Assembly: GCA_002189035.1 (NCBI GenBank)
Contig: NEEC01000021.1
Span: forward strand, 372,001-436,000
Length of the DNA stretch: 64,000 nt
Source: Utricularia gibba
Lineage: Eukaryota; Plantae; Magnoliophyta
Direction of reading: 5' to 3'
A program made the position numbers and the translations under genes. The first letter of the stretch is position 1. Each line of letters opens with the position of its first letter. Shown here one piece after another: positions 47,501 to 59,200 of this stretch. The notes under the pieces were generated by a model, which saw only the letters and a program-made list of their open reading frames with translations, did no database searches and was not told the origin of the DNA.

Positions 47501-49262
47501 TAGTATTTGAAGATCATCTATCGTAACTCTAGCAGTTTGAGGGAAGATTATGCCCAAAAGAGCTTTGTTATGCTTGATAGGGTGAAGAAGTTGTTCGAGA
47601 TATTGATTTGGCTCATGAAGGAGATCAAGATTTTTAATAACATTACCGTGCAAGTATCAAAACACAGATGTTAAGTGTAATTTTCTATATATTTTGCATG
47701 TATTTTTATGAATTAATTTGTGTTAGTTTTGCTTAATAATTGAAGTATTTTTACTGTAAAATATAACGTTTTTTATGTTTTGTTCTAATTTCTGTGTGTT
47801 TAGATGAATGTTTGAATTAAAAACCGAAGGTTGGAGTCAGAAGCAATGCAAAGGATGAATGATTTTTTAATAAAAGGAAGAGCATTGAACCCACTACGTT
47901 AAGGCTCACAAGATGAGTATTCTATTCTACTTTGGTTGATGGCTTCGTAAGTGGCGTGGAACAATCCTTCAAAATGGGAATAGAGAGACATTCCCGCTCA
48001 ATTTCTTTTAGAGGTCAATTTGTATTATCCATCCTCCAGGTTCTTTATTAAAATGTGGGTTTGAAAGGAAGACAATGAGACTCCCTTCTCAGGTAGGCAA
48101 CAGCATTCACACTTCTGCCAATTTTTGGTGTGGTGCATGCCTGTGAGAGCCAATTCACAATACATAATCAAATTGCTTACACATTCAGCATGTTGAAATT
48201 TAGGATCCAATAAATTGACGCGTGCATGTACGAAGTTTAAGTATATAATAAATATAAATTTTAATAAAAAAATTAATTTAAACTAATTATTAATGATTTT
48301 TAAATTTTTATATACTTGATTGTTCTATTTGATTTTATAATGTGAGATTGTCTATTCTAATAATATACTATGTAATGCATTGAACCTTTGGAAATGGTGA
48401 ACACAACTGAGTGATTTCATTAAATTTTCCTTTCTTTCCTTTATAAAACCCAAATTTGGTGGTTTTTACAGTTAAAACTATGATGAAGCCATTGAAGAAG
48501 TGGAAGAAAGGCATTGCCACAAGGACGAAAAAACGAAGCCCAATAAAGAGTCGAACATTGTCTCTTACAAGCAAAAAATCAGGAGGCACAAGGATAGAAC
48601 CAAGCTACGACGGCAATTGACGATGGAGGAACACAACCGGAACTAGTAGACTAATAAGGGTGAAGTAAACACTAAGGAAAAACAATTCTTGGATTCCATC
48701 ATGAAGAAGCGGCATGATGGGCAACATCCCCAATTCCAAAACATGGATTGTGTACAAAATCCAATGAAATGACCGACTTATTTTTGACGGACATCTAAAA
48801 GACAATGAAAATGGTGGGATGGTGAGAGTAACCCACTTTGACCAAGTTTTTTGGCCTCACAGACACTTCATCATGGGTTGGACAACACGAAAAAGACCCT
48901 TCAAATGACTTCAAGAGATGGAGGAGATACAAGGTGTGGTGTGGGTTTGGGCACAGAGGTTGAATATGAAGCAAACCAGACGATGCTTCAAACGTGTGTT
49001 GCAGAAGACGCCTTGTGTTTGGGTGTCGGTGAAAAAAATCATTCTTGAATCTCATAAACCAGCTGATGAAATGTTTGTGCAGGAAACCGAAGCATGAAAT
49101 TACGGGGAAATGAAGACCGGAGACTTGAAATTAGAACCGTTCTCGGATTCATCTTTCCATATTTCTACACTGACCCACAAACAAACCATTTCACACGCAC
49201 ACTCCAAACTTTCTTACGCGTACATCTACTTCTTGCTTGTCGATCGGGAGCCGCCGCAGGCC

Positions 49263-49463
49263 TCAGAGCTGCGTTTTTCCCGGAGAGTCGGCGGCTTTGA
49301 GCGTCTTGTCGATGAGCTGCCGCGCCTTCCGGCTCCGGATCTCGAACCTGACGCTCGCCGTTTTCTCGATCTTCACGTACGGCTTCTTCGTCTTCTTCCT
49401 CCCCTTCAGGGACCGCACCTTGGACTTTATCGATTCCACGAGATTTTCCAAAGGAGTCGCCAT
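49263..49463 (-). CDS. Small basic protein of unknown function (66 aa, intronless)
   Basis: A GC-rich ORF in AT-rich surroundings: MATPLENLVESIKSKVRSLKGRKKTKKPYVKIEKTASVRFEIRSRKARQLIDKTLKAADSPGKTQL. It matches my recollection of a conserved angiosperm small-protein family (KPY.K..K..SV..EIRSRKA.KLIDKTL..AD.PGK). Confidence 0.8.
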   Translation of the reverse strand: MATPLENLVESIKSKVRSLKGRKKTKKPYVKIEKTASVRFEIRSRKARQLIDKTLKAADSPGKTQL

Positions 49464-51141
49464 CCCGCAACCAGACGGAACCGGGAGATGGATTTCAGTT
49501 TCACGGAGTAACTAAATCCTGGAAGGAAGCCTCCTCATAAATACTTAAGCTGACTTTTTATTTATAAATAAATGAATAAATAAATAATCCGTTTATATTA
49601 ATTAACACAGAATTTTATTATTTATTTTTAATCGTGTACATGCACCTAAGAAAAAGGAATGGACAAATCATCTAATTTTGATAATGATAGAATCCTACCA
49701 CTCTCATAAAAACAATAAAAAAAGACACTTGATTAAATGTACATTTAAAACAAATCGATTTTTTAACTCAATATATAGTTGGGAATTTAATTATTTTTGG
49801 ATATAAAATCTCCGTATTAAATGAGAATTGGTAAAACATTTAACGGATATTCTGTAATTTGAATCTAATTATATAAACGATAATCAATTTTGAGATTATA
49901 AAAATATTTTGTAGTATATCATAAAGTTTACTATATTAAATATTATATACTTTAATTTTATGATGTAAACATATTTTTAAAATAGATAAACATTGAAAAA
50001 TATTTTTAATTAATCACTTATTTAAATATCAAAATAGAGATTAAATAAATTTAATAACTTTTGAATTTAATCGCATAATCTTGACTCATGATTTTACTAT
50101 GAAATAATTAATTATTAGAATCTTTAAAAATTAAAAAAAAATCACTTCAAAAAATTATGTAAACATAACCGTCTCTAAAGCTGCGTTTTTTATAATTCAT
50201 AATAAATTTGAATCCTTTATGTTGAAATAAATTTACTGTATGTTTATAATATTATCGTATATTGGTAAATGCATTTAAAATAAATAAATAAGCTGCAATT
50301 AGAATGTTAAAGATAATTTTGAGAAATTTTTTTATTAATTAATATAATTTTGTATGTAGGCATGATATTTTAAAAATTAAAGGCGTTATTTTGACTTTCC
50401 TTAGATTCTACCTTAATAAATCTGCATTTAATAATGTCAACTATCAAACATCCCCCCTTACACTTGCAAGGAAAACCATCTGCTAACGAAAAGAGGAATC
50501 AAATTGGATTTTAATTATTATCACTATAGATGTATTTCATATGTGGTATTATATGAAAAATATTAATAAATATATTAAAATCTTACGTTTTTTTTATGTA
50601 AGATAAGATTTACCATAAGATTTCAATCTCTCATTTTTATCCTTTATTTTTACTTTTTTATTTATCTTAAAATAATTAGAAGATAATTATATTTTAGTAT
50701 AAGATATTTCGCATGCATATAGTCCTAATAAACTCACATTACGAGTATATTAGAGAGAATTTCAACAGCTTTGTTGGATAGAATCTCCCATTTTCCATAG
50801 TTTACGCGTCATTAATTTCGCATTTCTCAACCCGAACGAATTAATGCCATAGGGGAGTGTTGGCATTCAAATGGGAATGAATGAGGGATTGATTGATTGG
50901 TTTCGTGGAGGACTTTCCACCGGGTGGCGTCCTCGTCGTCGTCGTTCTTGAAGAAGAAGCTCGCTCGTAGGACGGTCGCCTCGCGCCGTCGCGCAAGTCT
51001 GGGAGACATTTAATGATTCAAACAAGGGGTGCGCACACCCACCGACTTCAGAGAACCAGCGGTTGCTCTGGCCAACCGCAAGCAGAGTCGTGTGGGCTGC
51101 TTCTGCCGGCGTCGGAGGAAATTACGCCACGGGTGGTGTTA

Positions 51142-51413
51142 GGGCATGTTTGGTAGTAAGGCTCAATGAATAGTGGTTAGAATTACTGAGATTTAAAATT
51201 GAGTTTAAAGTTATCTTCAATTTAGATAAAAACGAGAGTTTGGTAATAATGTTTATTTAAACACTCATTTATAGTATAATTTGTTTAATAGATAACATTC
51301 ATTTTATTTTAAACATACTAAGGAAGTGGATTTAGTTTAAATCTAATAAATCTAGAAAATTGATGTTTATTTTAAACTAGGATTTAAATTGAACTTTTCT
51401 ATCAAATACGCAC
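51142..51413. mobile_element. Tourist-like MITE (about 270 bp)
   Basis: Left end TTA|GGGCATGTTTGGTAG. The right end ctatcaaatacgcac is a decayed complement (about 14/20 matches, mainly C-to-T). AT-rich interior; the right TSD is not preserved. Confidence 0.55.
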
Positions 51414-52682
51414 ACAATTAATGGGGGTAAAAATCGGATATGATTAGTCGGTTTCTGAAAAAGAGCCAAAAGGCATTCTAATAGTTGTGGCATCGGCCGA
51501 CAAACCGATAACTATTAGAGATTAGACAGTTGCGACCGTTTTGTACAGTTTGAAAAGTGGTCAAATTACGGTCGAGCAGGTGGTGGCAATCTAATAAACA
51601 CAACCACAAGACATATTGCAGGTGTAGAAAGTTGTCGATATCTACATAACTCAAGATTCGGGCAAATCGATCTCTCCTATAAGTATGAGGAATTCTGAAG
51701 AAAAAAAGTTTCGACTTTAAGCCCTTCAACTTGTATCTCTTCCCACCATCTTCTAGTGAAGATTTTTTCGGCAAGTTCCGACAACTCCATGGTTTTTCCG
51801 TTCCCCGATGGTTTCTACATAAAAATCTCTGCCTATTTTCATTCCTGCTAAACGAATCGAATGAAACACTAAAAACATAACTAGGTGTGGCACATCCAGC
51901 TGCACCCATAACCCGAAAATCGGCCCCCTCTTGAATACCAATTTTCACCCTCAACAATAATATTAAATCAAACCTGATAAAATCAACCTAAACACTCCTA
52001 CCAAACGTGACGTTAGGGTTATAAAGCTGCTGCCGCGCGCGGATGAGATTATTAATTATACATATTATTACTAATACTAATATTTATCATATTATTAATT
52101 AATATATTTATAAGATATTAGTTCTTAAATGTGTTATTTCATGTAGTGAATAATTATTAAATCATGGTACAAATGAACATGATAACAAACATATGAAGCA
52201 AATAGTCAATTTTCAACAAAAAATTGTCATATTTTTCCATTTACCCAATTTCGTCTATATTTATTTATTATCAGGATTAGATGAGTTGTGTAAGGTATTT
52301 TTGGAATGCGGGATAGGAATCTATTTTGCTGATAAATATCACCAAATTCATGGAGAGATCAACCATTACAAAGACAAGGCTTTTCTGGTCTACATGTGCA
52401 CAATCCCAAGATGAAGGCAGATCAGTCACTGCACTGCATCCTCTAAACTCCTCTTCCTGGAAAGCAAGAAAAATAAGCAAGCATCATGGCATGAAGCAAA
52501 GTGGAACACCATGGGCTGAAGCCATTGCTAATTCAATCCCGCAATACATGCATTCCTTAGAATCTAGCCATCATTCAAACATTTGCCACCCAAACTGATA
52601 GAGATGCTACTTTTCAGATGCCTGTGTGAGCAGAGTAAGCTATTGGGGGGAGGGGGAGGTGCTTACTTGGCTAACGAATCCA

Positions 52683-54002
52683 TCAATTCGGAAGAGAGGT
52701 TGGATACATCCTTTCAGTTTCAAGGAGTAGATAGGGGTCAACATACTGTGGTGGATAGGTGGCAGCATTCGATCCAAAATGAATGAACTCCGTGCCGAAG
52801 TACTACACAAGAGAGTCGTACATTTATCTAGCTGATAATTAGAGAACCAACAAGCCAAGGGAAACAGTGCAGGGTTCTAATTAGAGAAGGGAGCTGAAGT
52901 TACCAGATATATGGCGGAGAAGGATGCAATAGTGGCGAGAATCAATGGCCAAAATGCAAGAAAGAAGGTAGCTCCAAGCGTCAGGAGAACCTTGGCCCGT
53001 GGAATCAAACCCTTCGATGCAAAAAAGGCTAGATGAACACCAAACATAAGCAACGGAAATTGAAACGAAGTTTATGAGGACGTCTCAAGTATATTCATCC
53101 AACAACTAGAAGCTCGTTAATAACAACTGAATTCCTGGTTACCACTTTGCTAATTTTGTCACCATTTTATGCATTGATCCGCTGCCAAGTTCAGGTTTCA
53201 TATAAAATGAGACGACGATGCACATCAACAATTAAAAAAAGAGCTACATGCTAAATACCAAGGAGTAGATATTCACCAACCTCCAAACCTTCACTATTCA
53301 GTGCTCTTGATGATTCCAGTTGGTTGAACATGCCAATCTGGGCATCATTTTTGGACCCACTCCTTCTCGAATAACTCCAACCCCCATCTTCATCTCTGAA
53401 ATTCTCGGCACCCCTTTCAGTACTACTATCATTTTCATCAAGCAAAGTTGGACTTATCCCCCGTTTCCTAAGTTCTTTCGTGAATAATGACTCGGGTGGT
53501 TCTTCACCTGAGACACACAAAAAAAGAAGCATTCTCCAAATCCCCATCTCAATCTTCACAAGAAATTTACAACATACTATACCGGATTACAACTGGGCAT
53601 CATAAACTTTACATCGATTACTATATGGAGGCAGGGATCTCTGTTTTGCATCATGCATAGTTTCAGATGCTCTCATAAGAATGGATATGTGAAGTATCGG
53701 AATACATAACTGCGTATATCTATTAAAAAGCTCTCCGAAGCAGAGACTGAACACGCAAAGCTCAACAAACTCGATAACACAACGCAAAATAATAATAAAA
53801 CCCAAGACTAAAGGTTTCCCTTACCGTTGCTTTGATTTCCTCCGTCATCTGCTTTGCAATAAATCCTACCACTCACCCCTCCCGGATTACGAACTCTAAC
53901 GCTGCTTCTTGCCAAAATCCACGAATCGAATTCCGAACAGAAACACCCCAGTTTCACCCGCGAATTCGCCGTGCTCAATTTCATCAGCTGAACGCAAGCC
54001 AT
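52683..54002 (-). CDS. Conserved plastid-targeted membrane protein of unknown function (210 aa)
   Basis: Exons 53825-54002, 53281-53507, 52904-53011 and 52683-52802 join in frame. Transit-peptide-like start MACVQLMKLSTANSRV, then GEEPPESLFTKELRKRG, SRALNSEGLEGLIPRAKVLL, a TM segment FFLAFWPLILATIASFSAIYLYFG, and PPQYVDPYLLLETER. Confidence 0.88.
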
Positions 54003-54907
54003 TTCTACCCACGACGATGAGAACCCCCAATCCCCTCGCCGAAGAAATCGGAAGATACTCTCAACCACGGCTCCCTGGTATTCTCTCGGAGAAGATCGAA
54101 TGAAATGAAGCCACGTTTTCCATCGAAGTTCACGCCACCTGAACGCGTGAGCGGCGGAGGAGCATCGAGCATACCCATTGTAGGTCCCACCGCGCGGCCC
54201 CATCGCCGTTGCCGCCTCATGCTTGATAATGACGTGGCAACATCCCCTTCCCTCGTGGACTTCCTTCGTATTGTATTATTAATTTAATATATTAGTTAAT
54301 TTTATGTAAAAAAAATCATTGGAAATCATTTTAAATAATCTATTTTTTTAGTGGCATATCAAAAGAAGTTTAGAAATTATCTTTTTTATTCAATATTTGT
54401 TTAGAAATATTAACAAATTTAATAGCCTCCTAAAAAAGTTAATGTAATTATTTTATTTTAATTTGATTAATCGTAAAATAAATGAAAAAACCAAATATCA
54501 TTTAATTAAAAAAATTCACGTGGAAATTTTTTTTGAAAGACATAATTAAAAGAGTTATGTGATTATTTTACAAGTCACTCATATACTAGAAATTGATATA
54601 TTTCTTGACATTCGTATATTTGTAATCGTAAACAAATTTATCAAATATGATCTAAGTCGAATATTTGTTGTTCGATAAATCCAAGTTATTGAAGCAATAA
54701 GAGCTGATAATTTGTATAATTTTTCAAAGATCAAGAATTGTTTTAAAAAATATATTAAGCAACACATGTAAGTTGCCAAGATATATATATGGTAGCAGCA
54801 AGCAAACAGACCTATGGCTAATGCTGAAGAATGAAGGAAAGTATACAAATGCAGCAACGCCAAAGCTGGTGTGAGAGGGTGGGGATTTGAGTTTATGAGG
54901 TGCAGCT

Positions 54908-56206
54908 TCATTCAGCAGCCACACCTTCAGTGTCACCTCCTCTGTTCTCTACATCTTTAATGGCATCCATGATGTCGTTCTGTATATCATTGGCGCCATC
55001 TTTATCCAATGTCTCAGATTCATCTTCTTCATCATTTGTTTCTGAAGTAGAGTTGTTTTCTGTCGAGCTTTTATCTGATTCCTCAGTTGCAGCCATCTCT
55101 TCTTCCATTGTTTCACTTAGGGAGTCTGTGGTTTCAGCAGAAACTGTTGAATTTGAACTATCAGACTGATCGGAGGCAGCGGAAACTTGATCAAACTTGG
55201 TTTCGTGGTCGCCCGTATCATCGTTCTCCTCCCATGTGCTTCCTGTCGCATTCTTTATGGAGATATCAGCCATCTCTTCTTCCATTGTTTCATCAAGGGA
55301 GTCCGTGGTTTCAGCAGAAACTGTTGAATTTGAACTATCAGACTGATCTGATTCAGCAGAAACTTGATCAAGCGTAGTTTCGAGGTTGCCCGTATCATCG
55401 TTCTCCTCCAATGTGGTTCCTGTCACATTCTTTACGGATGCATCATCATCCTCAGCTTCCAAATCCATTGAGTTGTTGCCCATCAAACGATCACTGGAAT
55501 CTTCTATTGCTGCGCTTTTGGAGTTCTCATCTTCCAACTCATCTCCGTTTTCTGAACCAGTAACTTCCTCCTCCAAGTTTCTTACACTGTCACTCTTGGC
55601 AGTTTCCTCTGAAACTTCATTGTCATTTCCTTGTTCCAAGTCCGCTTCAGGCTGTTCATCATCCTCTGAAAACTTGTCTTCATTTTCCTTGGATCCCTCT
55701 TGAGAATCATGCGCCACAGCACTGGAGGCATCATCTGCCTTGTAGTTACTCTCCCTTGCTTCAGGGACATTTTCTGCCTCCTGATCAGTCTCCTCTTCTT
55801 CCTCATCCGATTTATGCCCCTCGTTAGATTCGGTTTCCTCTACTTCATTCTCATCATCAGATCCGCCATGTTGGTTCTTATCAGTTACCTCGACTCCACT
55901 GGCATCGCCTTCTTCCAAAGTATTGTCCTCTTCCCCGCCATTGATTTCCTCAATTTTTGCTGTGAACACTGTTTCCTCAAACCTATCCTGCATCCCCTTT
56001 CTTCCAAGTTTCATAATCTCATCCGCATGTAAGATTTCAGGTAAGCTTGAAGCCTCAGATTTGCCATGTTCTAGGCTCTTCTGATGGGAATGCTTCAATT
56101 GGTACAACAACCAAAAGCACACCCCGAGCAACAGAGAATACTGCACGAAATGCTTCACATTGATCCCCTTGGATCTTTGATTTCTAGCAGGGAACTGCCT
56201 ATACAT
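54908..56206 (-). CDS. Highly acidic type II membrane protein (the 'dentin sialophosphoprotein-like / myb-like protein X' annotation class), 432 aa
   Basis: Single coding exon. The N-terminus MYRQFPARNQRSKGINVKHFVQYSLLLGVCFWLLYQLKHSH has a basic tail plus one TM helix, followed by a long E/D/S/T/N-rich region. Probable 5'UTR intron at 56228-56507 (GT-AG). Confidence 0.88.
   Translation of the reverse strand: MYRQFPARNQRSKGINVKHFVQYSLLLGVCFWLLYQLKHSHQKSLEHGKSEASSLPEILHADEIMKLGRKGMQDRFEETVFTAKIEEINGGEEDNTLEEGDASGVEVTDKNQHGGSDDENEVEETESNEGHKSDEEEEETDQEAENVPEARESNYKADDASSAVAHDSQEGSKENEDKFSEDDEQPEADLEQGNDNEVSEETAKSDSVRNLEEEVTGSENGDELEDENSKSAAIEDSSDRLMGNNSMDLEAEDDDASVKNVTGTTLEENDDTGNLETTLDQVSAESDQSDSSNSTVSAETTDSLDETMEEEMADISIKNATGSTWEENDDTGDHETKFDQVSAASDQSDSSNSTVSAETTDSLSETMEEEMAATEESDKSSTENNSTSETNDEEDESETLDKDGANDIQNDIMDAIKDVENRGGDTEGVAAE
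55090..55443 (-). repeat. 177-bp (59-codon) in-frame tandem duplication within the acidic protein
   Basis: Units 55090-55266 and 55267-55443 both encode ..K N.TG.T.EENDDTG..ET..DQVSA.SDQSDSSNSTVSAETTDSL.ETMEEEMA. Confidence 0.93.
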
Positions 56207-59200
56207 CTTCAATTCTTGAACCCCAACCTGCAACACAGCACAGAAAGAATCCAAATGCGAAGATTCAAGAACATTTCTTCATCACCCAAAATCCTAAAAC
56301 AAATACGTGCAATTTATCCAACAAACAGGAGACCCATGAAGTGCAACAAAAAGTATCCAGACCTCTACTCTTCAAATCCGATACCCATTTAGAAAAACCA
56401 TCAAAACACTCAAGTAAATTGCCAATTGCATCAGCAGTCCCCAAATCACAAATTTCGGTACACATCTTTGCAAGACAAAGCAAGCACGAAGGGTAGAAAA
56501 AAGTTACCAGGGCTCAGAGCGAATGGTGAACGAAATCAAACAAGCACAATCCCAGAGACTCGAATGTCCCCACGAAGTTAACAGATCCGGAACTGAGCTT
56601 GAAGCAAATCGAAAATACCAACTGCTACCAAGTTCATTTATTGTTCCTAACTGCGCACCGACAATGCCGGAAGCATATTATCCTTCCTGGCGATGTGTTG
56701 GGGGCAAAAATCCCAAACTCCGGTGAAGTAATTGGATCAAATTCGCCGGGAATCCCTGCAAACTCTATGGAATAGGGGGATAAACAGAGCTACTCCTGCC
56801 TCAATAATTCATGCAACCTAACGAATTGCTAGTAGCCTCACGATTATGAACATTATTGATATTCATACAATCAATTGGGAATCTTGTTTTAAAATAGACT
56901 GATTAATCAATGATTGAACCCACTAATTAGTATTTGAGATTAGGGCAATTAATTACCGGATTAAGATGATAATCATATTAATTTGGTCCGATTATACTAA
57001 CTCAAGTTATTTAATAAATCATTTAACGATTGCAACGTTATTTATATTCGTAATTAAAATTTTAAATTCAGATTTTATTTCTGTGTCTTATTTTAAGTTA
57101 GTTTCTCCTATTGTAAAACTAATTTAAATTGCTATATCTTGATTCTTATTGATATAAATGTATTCATAAAATTCTTTCTTGGCAATGAAATTAGCCATTG
57201 AATTAAAAATAACATTGATTTATATTAAGATATAAGTTACATAAATGATTACAAAAATTTTTAAATTAATTTTTAATGATGGTATCACAAATCAGTTATA
57301 GATATAGAAAAAATGGATTTGAATAAATTGATACTTCTAATTTTATGTGAAACATTTTTATTGAAAATAAAAAATGTAAAATTATATGAGTTAAATATCC
57401 AAAACAAATAATATTATATACGATGAACATGGGTTATGATATATAATATCATATATATAGATATAAAACATAGAATTTGAATGTGATTGTGCCAAAATTT
57501 AAAAATAATCTCAATCCATGATTAATAACTACCTTAATAACATTTTAGAAATTGCAGTGTGCTTTCAATTTTTCAATTTTTAAGTGTAACATATATAAAT
57601 ATAAAACACATTGGATATGACATATAATTTCTCTAGTTAAGAAACTACAAATCATAAATTCTAAAACTAAAAGTATCAAACTTAGTAAACTCTTTATTCA
57701 CTATCAAATGGAAGTAATCTAATACAAAAATGATATTTTCAATCTTTAATTTATTTTTTATTAAAATAAATGATACTCAAATGTTTTAATGGTTACATGA
57801 TGGTTGAATCTTCCTTAAATTCAAGTGTCATTTGAATCATTCCTACAATAATAAATTTTTAGATGTAGAAGAAAGTTGAAATGAGGTGCATTAAGTGTTG
57901 AATTATCAATCTTAATGTCAGTTATTTAGCACTAAGTGTGAGTGGTCTCAACCCAAAGATTTGATGATAAAAAAGAGATATCAAGACAATATTTGACTTA
58001 GTAAAATTTTGATTTTAACATATTTGATCCACATAATTTACCGGTTCGTCATATTTGATCCACACAATTAAACCCATTCAATAATGATATTATTTTAATA
58101 CTATATAATTAATTATTGAAGATAGATGACCTTAATAGTCGCACCTACTTTCATTTTTTTAACCTATTTTGATATTAAATATATGTTTGTTTACCATATA
58201 TCCACACAATATCATACTAGAGATATTCTACTTTTATGCTAGACTCCTGTTTATTATATTTTGTGTTCTTTTGGATTTCATTAAACCTTTTCTTGTTTCC
58301 ATAAAGAAAGCATAAGATTAAAGATTACTACGATTAGACATATTATTTAAGTTCATAGTTTACGTTGTATCTATCTTGTAATTAATAATCTATTAATAAT
58401 CTATTATTTAAGTTCATAGTTTTTTTCCTTCGGGATTTTCAAGTAAAATTTGATGTTACCTTTGTTTTGCATAAACACCACATAAACACAAAGTTATTTT
58501 GAATCAAACACGATTCATGCCGAGCTACTTCTCGATCTTTCTTCTTTGAGATTTTTTAGCTATATTGATTGTATTGATATTTTGAAATAAGTATATATTT
58601 AATTTTTTTTCAATTTTTTTTGGTTAAATAATAATAAATTTATTTAAATATAGACAGTTTAGTTTAATATAAAATATTTTTTTAGAAATTAAAAAATAAA
58701 AAATAAAAATAGATGTAACTTATAAATAATCACGTATAGAAGTCAGAAAAAATAATCTACAAGGATGGATTAGACATGATCCATGTTCGTAAGTCAAAAC
58801 ATAAGAATAATACATTATTTTTCTCAATGGAAAATATGATAAATATTAAGGTGACTACTTAATGAAACTCGTTTAAGTTTCTTGTCTTACAAGAATTGAG
58901 AAGATATGGACAATTTTTTATGTACGATATTCAAAAACTTTTACTTATAGATAATTAGTTGGAGAAGAGATTTCATGAACTTGATCAGTTGTAGTTTATA
59001 AACTCAAATTGTATATTCATTTATTTTTTGATATTTTTTTCATAGGGAGTTAGTTACATACTTTCATACTCTATATATCGGTGGGAATTATACAATCGAT
59101 TTCTCGCTTGGGTTAATTGTTTATATAATTAGTTTATATATATACAATTTTTTAATATATTAACAATAATCAAAGATATGTGAATCTTTATGTTTCATTT

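Noticed and set aside
47350-49050. Coding-like patches with short ORFs downstream of the small basic gene
   Set aside because: Multiple stops and no motif recognised; probably old TE debris.
51478-51957. 159-aa minus-strand ORF (MLRVKIG...)
   Set aside because: No recognisable family or splice structure. The flanking sequence has TE-like hairpins (TCTAATAGTT...AACTATTAGA near 51477-51519) and sits next to a MITE, so it is probably a chance ORF in a DNA-transposon relic.
55087-56392. Plus-strand ORFs antisense to the acidic protein, and similar antisense ORFs over DUF620, WDR55 and the 66-aa gene
   Set aside because: Shadow ORFs produced by the codon bias and low complexity of the real genes.
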